From Azolla caroliniana (lineage: Eukaryota > Plantae > Polypodiophyta), in contig JBHGNT010000096.1 in NCBI GenBank assembly GCA_043228905.1, forward strand, positions 28,335 through 92,334: a stretch of 64,000 bases of DNA, given 5' to 3'. Below the pieces are notes generated by a model. The model was not told the DNA's origin, did not search any database, and worked only from the letters and a program-made list of their open reading frames with translations. Shown one piece after another: positions 25,586 through 34,396 of the stretch (position 1 is its first letter; each line of letters opens with the position of its first letter). Position numbers and translations under genes: made by a program.

Positions 25586-27318
25586 ATGGAAAATCATGAT
25601 TTTACTATGGAGGCTCTACTATCGGAGAATGGCACCCACAATGGTTCGACCTCAACCGACCTTGATCAACCATCGAGTGACGAGTGCCCTCAGCAAACGA
25701 TAGAGACGATTGTAGCACTCACTTCGGCAACCCCTACACCAATCAAACTAAAGCCAACCAACACACCCTGTAGACTAACGTCGATCACCCACATCCCATC
25801 ATCAACGGACAACACTGAAGATAACGATCACACTACATCCTCTAATAAGGTAACATCTTCAACATATGCGTTTTGCTCAAAGTATCTCGAGGAATATAAA
25901 ACACGCATGTTCACAGAATTTAAACAGCTTTTCCGACACAAGAAACAAGCATTCAACACACTAACTAGAGTCTCGAACCTCTACAACCATGGCTCCCTTC
26001 CACCTAGCCTTAAAAACCAACCTCCTAAGCTTAAACTAACTCACCATGAACTTAACCATAGTCTACAACAAGAGTTCTTAACACTCACAAGTCAATATAA
26101 CAAAGAACTTGCGACGACCTATATTCTACACCTAGATAGGTTAGTTCACACATACACAAAACTTTTAGATGATTTCCCAAATAAAGTTAGAGTAGAACTC
26201 TTCGAATTTAGCACCAAGTTACTAGACCCTAAGCACTTAGAAGAGGTCTCAAATTTTATAGCGCCTAACCTTTTTACAGACAATATTAACCATTGGTTAG
26301 AAGAACATGTTATAGAACTTTTAACGAAGTGCCAAGAGTTTGGTGTTACTAACAACATCAATAATACACTCAAAACAACTTCAATCACAATTAGAAATAA
26401 CAATAGAGAGTTACAACACTCGGATATACTCCATAATACACATGATTTTGATAATATAAATGTTGAATTAGATAACGAAATAGAAGATCTCCCAATAGAT
26501 CTAGATACAAACGAGGAGCTTATAGAACAAAATCCTAACCCACAAACATCCTGAGCCATTATCACCAAAAACAAAAAAAGTTTACACTTTGACCCCACAT
26601 CCAATCCTCACCTTGATGCAATTATTAACATTAACTCTAACCCTATCCCAAAATCAAACCCTAACCCTCTCCCCATCCCTAAATCTACCCCGAAAAACAA
26701 TAACTTTAATCCCAACATAACATCTAACCACAAATCCCACCGTAATCCTTGTAAACAAAATCCTTACCCTACTCCCAACCATACTAAACCCAACCCTAAA
26801 ACAAACTCTAATAGGAATCCTAACCCTAACTCTAAACCGAAACCTAACCCTAACCATAACCCAAAACCGAACCATAACCCTAACCCGAAACCCAAACCCA
26901 ATCTCACTAAGAATCTAAACCCTAAACCCCACCCAAAATCTGTAAAATACACACGCCCTTTCGGCCCTTCACAACAACCGCACCAGCGCCGCCAACAACA
27001 CCCTCTTCGACCACCGCCGCCGCCACCATTACCACCATCCAAGCCTCGACAAAAATTCTACACTTATAACATAACAACACACGAAATTACCCCGCGCCAT
27101 AATTTAGATTCCAATCAATACGAACCAATAGTTAAATTTATTGGTTTCAACGAACCCGAACTTCTCCAACGAATACAACTCCGCCATATACCTTCCGCCC
27201 CATTTCAGCCCAAAGCAAACACTATCCATAGCTTCTCCTCTCCATTTCCTCCTGAAAACAAACAACAAGTATACCTTTACCGGCATCAAAACCGAGGCCA
27301 ACCTAACAATGGTTTTCA

Positions 27319-27349
<31 letters not shown>

Positions 27350-28231
27350 CCGCAACCGCAACACCACGAGCCCTGGAGATATATGACGGAAAGAGAACAC
27401 CAAATGCACTCATATCAGCATCGACATCAACATATAAATCAACGCCAACCCAACAATGATCTTCAGCCGCAGCCGCCACCACCGCCGCCGCCGCCGCCGC
27501 CATGCGACCAGCCCTGCAAATTACAGCAGCCTCTTCTGCCGACGCCTCGACCCCCACCGTTTTCTCACCCTCTCCAACATCAACCTCCCTCTCGGACAAC
27601 ATACGAGACGGCAATTAATAACATAACCACCACCAATTATCAGCTCCAGCCGCCACTTGAGGAGGACACACCACTCCACCATTCGCGAGATACCTATCAT
27701 CAGATTCACCACCAGCCCCAACACACCCCATTCAGCTTCATCGCTCCCCCCTTGTATCCCTCCCCCGAAGACCTTCAACCCCAAAACAATACTCATCCTT
27801 ACCCTCCTACCCATACCCACTGTGTAAATCCTAACGCTCACCCTACCCCTAACTCTCCTTCTCTTTCGTTTTCTTTTTATACTCCTCCTAATAATTCTAG
27901 AAATACCTTTCCTACCCCCCCCTCTCACAACTATTCACACACACTAAGCCCCCCTTGGTTTAAAGAAACTACCCACAATCACAACATAAACCCTCCCCTA
28001 TTTTCCCAAATACCCTTAGCCTTCCCCAACCCCTCATACACCTCTCTTAACCCCTACATCCCTAACCACTACACCCAATCAACCCATACCCAACATCCTC
28101 CCTACACCACCTCTACCAAACCATCCACAAGTTGTATCCACCCCTCAACTAGTCACCCTAAATCCCCTATGTATTCTTCTCACATCACACTTCCCACCAC
28201 TCACAACCTCCACCGGCCAAAAAACGTTTAG
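25586..28231 (+). pseudogene. PLE ORF1 (881 codons: helical N-terminal domain, then Asn-Pro repeats and Pro/His/Gln-rich low complexity), interrupted by one in-frame TGA at 26552-26554
   Basis: Track ORFs 25586-26554 and 27383-28231 are in the same frame. Manual translation of 26555-27382 finds no stop (AIITKNKKSLHFDP...NPNPNSKPKPNPN...PPPPQPQHHEPWRY), so one TGA in the context QTS*AIITK splits a single long frame. Confidence 0.8.
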
Positions 28232-28276
28232 TACGGCGTGCTAAAAGATCAAACCGACGTTTTAGACACGCCGTAC
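28219..28276 (+). promoter_or_regulatory. Programmed -1 ribosomal frameshift signal linking ORF1 to the RT
   Basis: A AAA AAC heptamer (28219-28225) in correct ORF1 phase; 5-nt spacer; stem GTACGGCGTG (28231-28240)/CACGCCGTAC (28267-28276) extended by CTAAAA/TTTTAG. The RT frame is -1 relative to ORF1 and open from 28162. Confidence 0.88.
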
Positions 28277-28290
28277 ACCCAACTAAACGT

Positions 28291-30201
28291 GTGTGGTATT
28301 TTGTTAATGGTAACTCTACCCCCCTAGATTCCTCTAATTGGCTAGGTAACATGTCACATAGAATCCCCTTTAGACCACATACAAAAAAAACACGTAAAAA
28401 GAAACTTAGATATAAATTTTGGAAACCCCTTACAACACCCTTTAGTCCCCCTCATAGTAGTAAAATCCACAACCTTTCTACACATACCCTTAGCAAGTCA
28501 GAAATTAAACTTCTTAACCTAGGTCTTAAGTTTATACCTCCCTCCCCCCCCCCCACCTCCACTTCTATTCTTCAAGAATTCCATAACCTTAGTAGATCCC
28601 TTAGACTTAGACATTTCTTTCAAGACGACTCCTCCGCCCCACACAACCCCTTTAAACTACCCAACCCCTCTTGGAACCCCCCTACACAATACCCACCGTT
28701 AGAAGACATACTTCATAAACACCTTAATCTCCTCACCATAAAACTCCATAATACAAACCTACCCACTAAACACATTCCACTACACCTACTACAAGCCTTA
28801 AAAAGCCTTAAAAGCAATAAACACATTATCATCCTCCCCGCAGACAAAAATGTAGGTGTTTGTGTCTTAAACAAACAAACATACCTAGATAAAGCCCTAG
28901 CTCACCTATCCGATACATCCACTTACAAACCCGTAGATACCTTCCCCTTAGAAGAACTCCTACATAGATTAAAAACCTTAATGAATCAACACCTAGGAAC
29001 CCTCTCCCTCATAGAAATAAAATTCATCTTACACAAACCATCCAACGAATACCGAGTCCCCACCATGTACTTCCTACCCAAAGTACACAAAGAACCCATT
29101 GGCTATAGGCCTATTTGTTCTTACAACGGTTCGTTATTTGAACAAACTTCTAAGTGGCTACACCACCAACTCCTCCCCATACTCCTACAACAAAAACAAT
29201 ACCTTAGAGACTCATTCTCCTTAGTACAATCCCTAGAAAACCTTACGACACCACCCAATAGCTTCATCTTTTCATTTGACGTAGAATCCCTCTACCCGAG
29301 TATTCCACCAAAACTAGGACTACTAGCCCTAAAACACCTAATTACCCCCCATTTCTCAAAACAAAAAGCCAACCTCATCTATACTCTCAGCGCCTTAACC
29401 TTAGAATATCACTTCCTTAAATTTAATAACCAAATCTATCAACAAATTAAAGGCACAGCCATGGGAAGCAATTTTTCCGTAGTATATGCTTGCCTTTTTT
29501 TGTCATACCTCGAGAATTCCAACCCATCTCCCCATTTATTTTATTTCACGAGATATATTGACGATGCCTTTGGTGTATGGACCGGTACGAAAACACAACT
29601 CTTAGACTACCTAAATTTCTATAGTATTACCACTCAAAACTCCATTAAACTGACCATCCAAACCTCTCTCACTAAACTTCCTTTTCTCGACCTTTGGATA
29701 AACCTCGCTAATAATAATTTCAACTTTAATTGTTTTCAAAAAGAACTTAATACTTACCAATACATACCCTTCACCTCGACACATCCTATCCACGTCAAAA
29801 AAAGCTTCCTCTCGAACGAACTTAAAAGATACATTATTAGAGAAAGTACAGCCCAAGGTTATTTAAAAATGCAACAACTATTTTTTAAGAGACTACGAGC
29901 ACGAGGATACCCTACACACTTTATCCTCAATATATTCAAAAAACACCCCTATTCCCTTAGACCAACTCTCCTCTCAAACAAAACCATTAACCAAACCCCC
30001 ACACCCATAATCTTTAAACTAAAATTCACACACCAAGCCCCTAATCTAGGAATAAAAGAAACCCTTACTAGCCTACACTTAAACCTCCAAGAAGACCCTC
30101 TACTACAACACATCCCCAAACCAATAATTTGTTGGACTAAATCTAAAAATCTACACTCTTCACTAGTCAACACAAAAAACATTACTATAGATCCACACTA
30201 A
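28291..30201 (+). CDS. Penelope-like reverse transcriptase, no C-terminal endonuclease; probably entered by frameshift at 28225 rather than at the GTG
   Basis: PLE motifs: NLSTHTLSKSEIKLLNLGLKFIP, ILPADKNVGVCVLNKQTY, YFLPKVHK..RPICS, FSFDVESLYPSI (A), QIKGTAMGSNFSVVYA (B'), RYIDDAFGVW (C), LPFLDL (E), thumb YIPFTSTHPIHVKKS..FFKRLRARGYP. The protein ends shortly after KPIICWTKSKNLHSSLV with no GIY-YIG. Confidence 0.95.
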   Translation: MWYFVNGNSTPLDSSNWLGNMSHRIPFRPHTKKTRKKKLRYKFWKPLTTPFSPPHSSKIHNLSTHTLSKSEIKLLNLGLKFIPPSPPPTSTSILQEFHNLSRSLRLRHFFQDDSSAPHNPFKLPNPSWNPPTQYPPLEDILHKHLNLLTIKLHNTNLPTKHIPLHLLQALKSLKSNKHIIILPADKNVGVCVLNKQTYLDKALAHLSDTSTYKPVDTFPLEELLHRLKTLMNQHLGTLSLIEIKFILHKPSNEYRVPTMYFLPKVHKEPIGYRPICSYNGSLFEQTSKWLHHQLLPILLQQKQYLRDSFSLVQSLENLTTPPNSFIFSFDVESLYPSIPPKLGLLALKHLITPHFSKQKANLIYTLSALTLEYHFLKFNNQIYQQIKGTAMGSNFSVVYACLFLSYLENSNPSPHLFYFTRYIDDAFGVWTGTKTQLLDYLNFYSITTQNSIKLTIQTSLTKLPFLDLWINLANNNFNFNCFQKELNTYQYIPFTSTHPIHVKKSFLSNELKRYIIRESTAQGYLKMQQLFFKRLRARGYPTHFILNIFKKHPYSLRPTLLSNKTINQTPTPIIFKLKFTHQAPNLGIKETLTSLHLNLQEDPLLQHIPKPIICWTKSKNLHSSLVNTKNITIDPH

Positions 30202-30562
30202 CTCCTCTCCATATTTTTATTTTTTTAAACCACAAGTTTTATCTCCCTATATTTACCACGTGAGGATCTCCCCCTATCTTCTCCCTCTCTACCTTCACAT
30301 TTCTTCTCTCTTAACTTTCCCTTTCTCTATCTCTATCTCCTCCTTCCCTCCCCTTCTCTTTCTCTCTCTACCTTTACCTTTCTCCCTCTCTAAATCATTT
30401 CTTTTTCCTCTCTCTCTACCTTTACTTTTCTCCCTCTCTACACTCTAAAACTCACCTCTTTTTTCTTTTCCTTTTTTCTCCCTCTCTACCTTTTCTTTTC
30501 TCTACGTCTCTCTTCTTTCTTTCTTTCTTTTTTTTCTTTTCTCTCTCTCTCTCTCTCTCTCT
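30202..30562 (+). repeat. Polypyrimidine 3' UTR with short internal repeats and a (CT)11 microsatellite at 30541-30562
   Basis: Almost G-free C/T tract; CTCTCTCTACCTTTAC(C/T)TTTCTCCCTCTCT occurs twice (~30362 and ~30411). Confidence 0.85.
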
Positions 30563-31729
30563 CCCTCTCTCTTTTCTCACCTTTTTTCACACTCTCTTCT
30601 CATTAGTTAAATTTCTCACTCTATCTCTCTCTCTCTCTCTCTCCTCATTCCCCATAACTATTAAATTCGTATTCCCCTCGTTTTTCACCCACATCTTTAC
30701 CTCGTACTAGCCACCATCACACACATATACACACCCCTCCCCTCACTTATCATACCCTCCGGTCACCCACTTATCACCATTATTATACCCTCTAGTTACC
30801 CACTTATCTCTATCAAACTCATGATACCCACTCCCTCCCTTTACAAAATCATATCTTGCCCCCTTATCACCGTGTTACACCACTCCCTCCCATACTCCTC
30901 ACTTCTTTTCACATTTATCACTCTTGTCCACCACTTATCTTACACCCCCCTTACCACAAACCTATATAAACTTACCTTTGTACTCGAAAATGACCTAAGC
31001 ACTGATGAGCTCCATATATGAGCGAAACTAGTTTGCTACATAGGTCATATTAATATATATTTGATCAATATATATTTTCTTCTCAAGTGTCTATTGTTTT
31101 TATGTTGTGGTTAGTTGTGCTTTGAATAATATATATGCTATTTCAATCCCACTAAGTAAAACGTGGCACTCCCCCCTCTTTCCCTTAATCTTTAACCTAC
31201 CCAATACCCGCAACCCTAAACTAATAACCCTAACACATTATATCCTCGCCAACCCATACCCTCATCATCATACCTCTCCAAACATATCTCCCCTTACCAC
31301 TAAAACCCTAAACCTACCAATCCTTAATACCTTTACTTTTGCACACACTACCCTAAACCCTCAGAATATTTTAACCCATATACCCTAAACCCTCAGAACA
31401 AACCCATAAACCCTAAGAATAGTTAACCTAATAACACTAGTCGTAGCCTAAATAAATATCGTGCCCGCTTTCCTCGTGCAATACATCATATAGTCTACTA
31501 AACCCTAAACCCTCAGATATTTTACCCATATGCCCTAAACCCTCCGAACAAAACCCTAAACCCTTAAGATATTTAACCCAAAAACCTCAGTTAACCCATA
31601 TACCCGAAACCTTCAAACCCAAACCCTAAATCCTCAAATAGTTAACCAAATAACACTAATCACAGCCAAAGAAGTATCGTGCCCGCACTCCTCGTATAAG
31701 ACATTATATAGTCTATTAATATGGAAAAT
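30559..31729 (+). repeat. 3' pseudo-LTR (direct terminal repeat, copy 2, 1171 bp)
   Basis: Direct repeat of 24426-25594. It ends in ATGGAAAAT, of which GAAAAT (31724-31729) is shared with the satellite. Confidence 0.96.
30990..31048 (+). ncRNA. Type I hammerhead ribozyme (copy 2)
   Basis: Identical to 24855-24913 (offset 6135). Confidence 0.92.
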
Positions 31730-33626
31730 GTTCATACCTGGCTCGTGTAATATCGGATTTTTGTGTTCAAACATGCGAATCGAAGCTAACAACGCTAGCT
31801 ATGATATGGAGTTAAAAAATCAACATTTTGAAACTCAGGTCTAGAGACATGACGAAATTAGCAAACATGAGAAGGGAGTTGAGAGGAGCCCTTGAGTAAA
31901 TGAAAATGTTCATACCTAGCTCGTGTAATATCGGATTTTTGTGTTCAAACATACGTATCGAAGCTAATAACGCTAGCTATGATATGGAGTAAAAAAATCA
32001 AGATTTTGAAACTCAGGTCTAGAGACATGACGAAATTAGCAAACTTGAGGAGGGAGTTGAGAGGAGCCCTTGAGTAAATGAAAATGTTCATACCTGGCTC
32101 GTGTGATATCGGATTTTTGTGTTCAAACATGCGAATCGAAGCTAACAACGCTATCTATGATATCGAATTAAAAAATCAAGATTTTGAAACTCAGGTCGAG
32201 AGACATGAAGAAATTACCAAATTTGAGGAGTGAGTTTAGAGGAGCCCTTGAGTAAATGAAAATGTTCATACCTAGCTCGTGTAATATCGGATTTTTGTGT
32301 TCAAACATGCGAATCGAAGCTAACAACGCTAGCTATGATATGGAGTTAAAAAATCAAGATTTTGAAACTCAGGTCTAGAGACATGACGAAATTAGCAGAC
32401 ATGAGGAGGGAGTTGAGAGGAGCCCTTGAGTAAATAAAAATGTTCATACCTGGCTCGTGTGATATCGGATTTTTGTGTTCAAACATGTGAATCGAAGCTA
32501 ACAACGCTAGCTATGACATGGAATTAAAAAATCAAGATTTTGAAACTCAGGTCTAGAGACATGACGAAATTAGCAAACATGAGAAGGGAGTTGAGAGGAG
32601 CCCTTGAGTAAATGAAAATGTTCATACCTATCTCGTGTAATATCGGATTTTTGTGTTCAAACATACGTATCGAAGCTAATAACGCTAGCTATGATATGGA
32701 GTAAAAAAATCAAGATTTTGAAACTCAGGTCTAGAGACATGACGAAATTAGCAAACATGAGGAGGGAGTTGAGAGGAGCCCTTGAGTAAATAAAAATGTT
32801 CATACCTGGCTCGTGTGATATCGGATTTTTGTGTTCAAACATGTGAATCGAAGCTAACAACGCTAGCTATGACATGGAATTAAAAAATCAAGATTTTGAA
32901 ACTCAGGTCTAGAGACATGACGAAATTAGCAAACATGAGAAGGGAGTTGAGAGGAGCCCTTGAGTAAATGAAAATGTTCATACCTAGCTGGTGTAATATC
33001 GGATTTTTGTGTTCAAACATACGTATCGAAGCTAATAACGCTAGCTATGATATGGAGTAAAAAAATCAAGATTTTGAAACTCAGGTCTAGAGACATGACG
33101 AAATTAGCAAACTTGAGGAGGGAGTTGAGAGGAGCCCTTGAGTAAATGAAAATGTTCATACCTGGCTCGTGTGATATCGGATTTTTGTGTTCAAACATGC
33201 GAATCGAAGCTAACAACGGTAGCTATGATATGGAATTAAAAAATCAAGATTTTGAAACTGAGGTCGAGAGACATGACGAAATTACCAAATTTGAGGAGTG
33301 AGTTTAGAGGAGCCCTTGAGTAAATGAAAATGTTCATACCTAGCTCGTGTAATATCGGATTTTTGTGTTCAAACATGCGAATCGAAGCTAACAACGCTAG
33401 CTATGATATGGAGTTAGAAAATCAAGATTTTGAAACTCAGGTCTAGAGACATGACGAAATTAGCAGACATGAGGAGGGAGTTGAGAGGAGCCCTTGAGTA
33501 AATAAAAATGTTCATACCTGGCTCGTGTGATATCGGATTTTTGTGTTCAAACATGTGAATCGAAGCTAACAACGCTAGCTATGACATGGAATTAAAAAAT
33601 CAAGATTTTGAAACTCAGGTCTAGAG
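31730..33626. repeat. 178-bp satellite, ~10.7 monomers between the full element and the pLTR fragment
   Basis: Same monomer and orientation as the left block, with right-block variants (CATGTGAATC..TATGACATGG, TTAGCAGACATG). Confidence 0.97.
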
Positions 33627-34396
33627 ACCTATATAAACTTACCTTTGTACTCGAAAATGACCTAAGCACTGATGAGCTCCATATATGAGCGAAACTAGTT
33701 TGCTACATAGGTCATATTAATATATATTTGATCAATATATATTTTCTTCTCAAGTGTCTATTGTTTTTATGTTGTGGTTAGTTGTGCTTTGAATAATATA
33801 TATGCTATTTCAATCCCACTAAGTAAAACGTGGCACTCCCCGCTCTTTCCCTTAATCTTTAACCTACCCAATACCCGCAACCCTAAACTAATAACCCTAA
33901 CACATTATATCCTCGCCAACCCATACCCTCATCATCATACCTCTCCAAACATATCTCCCCTTACCACTAAAACCCTAAACCTACCAATCCTTAATACCTT
34001 TACTTTTGCACACACTACCCTAAACCCTCAGAATATTTTAACCCATATACCCTAAACCCTCAGAACAAACCCATAAACCCTAAGAATAGTTAACCTAATA
34101 ACACTAGTCGTAGCCTAAATAAATATCGTGCCCGCTTTCCTCGTGCAATACATCATATAGTCTACCAAACCCTAAACCCTCAGATATTTTACCCATATGC
34201 CCTAAACCCTCCGAACAAAACCCTAAACCCTTAAGATATTTAACCCAAAAACCTCAGTTAACCCATATACCCGAAACCTTCAAACCCAAACCCTAAATCC
34301 TCAAATAGTTAACCAAATAACACTAATCACAGCCAAAGAAGTATCGTGCCCGCACTCCTCGTATAAGACATTATATAGTCTATTAATATGGAAAAT
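33627..34396 (+). mobile_element. Solo 770-bp fragment of the PLE pLTR (TATA-like box, ribozyme, telomeric sub-repeats, ORF1 ATG)
   Basis: Matches 30960-31729 at offset 2667 with the same right junction ATGGAAAAT|GTTCATACC. The left junction TAGAG-AC-CTATATAAAC has a 2-nt microhomology. Confidence 0.95.
33657..33715 (+). ncRNA. Type I hammerhead ribozyme (copy 3)
   Basis: Identical to copies 1 and 2. Confidence 0.9.

Larger units (their letters stand above)
24426..25594 (+). repeat. 5' pseudo-LTR (direct terminal repeat, copy 1, 1169 bp)
   Basis: Near-identical to 30559-31729. Differences seen: one CT unit in the microsatellite and substitutions at 25011/31146, 25321/31456 and 25364/31499. 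The repeat ends after ATGGAAAAT, the first three ORF1 codons. Confidence 0.96.
24426..31729 (+). mobile_element. Endonuclease-deficient Penelope-like retroelement (Athena/Coprina/Selaginella-type architecture), ~6135-bp unit in partial tandem (about 1.19 units)
   Basis: PLE-type RT ORF without GIY-YIG, upstream ORF1, direct terminal repeats offset by 6133-6135 bp, a hammerhead ribozyme in each repeat, telomeric motifs on the sense strand, no TSD and no TG...CA LTR ends. Confidence 0.93.

Noticed and set aside
26146-30182. Minus-strand ORFs within the element and the plus-strand 27141-27386 ORF
   Set aside because: Shadows of the C-rich, low-complexity sense frames.
28291-30201. Telomerase TERT, group II intron or retron RT
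   Set aside because: No TERT T/CP motifs or maturase features recognised; PADK, LPKVHK and the HP/RGYP thumb motifs plus pLTRs indicate a PLE.
24426-31729. LTR retrotransposon (CRM/ATHILA/Copia)
   Set aside because: No TG...CA ends, PBS, PPT, TSD, protease, RNase H or integrase; the RT motifs are PLE-type.
33627-34396. Independent second site-specific insertion
   Set aside because: Its junction and downstream monomer variants match pLTR2 at a constant 2667 offset, so duplication is simpler.
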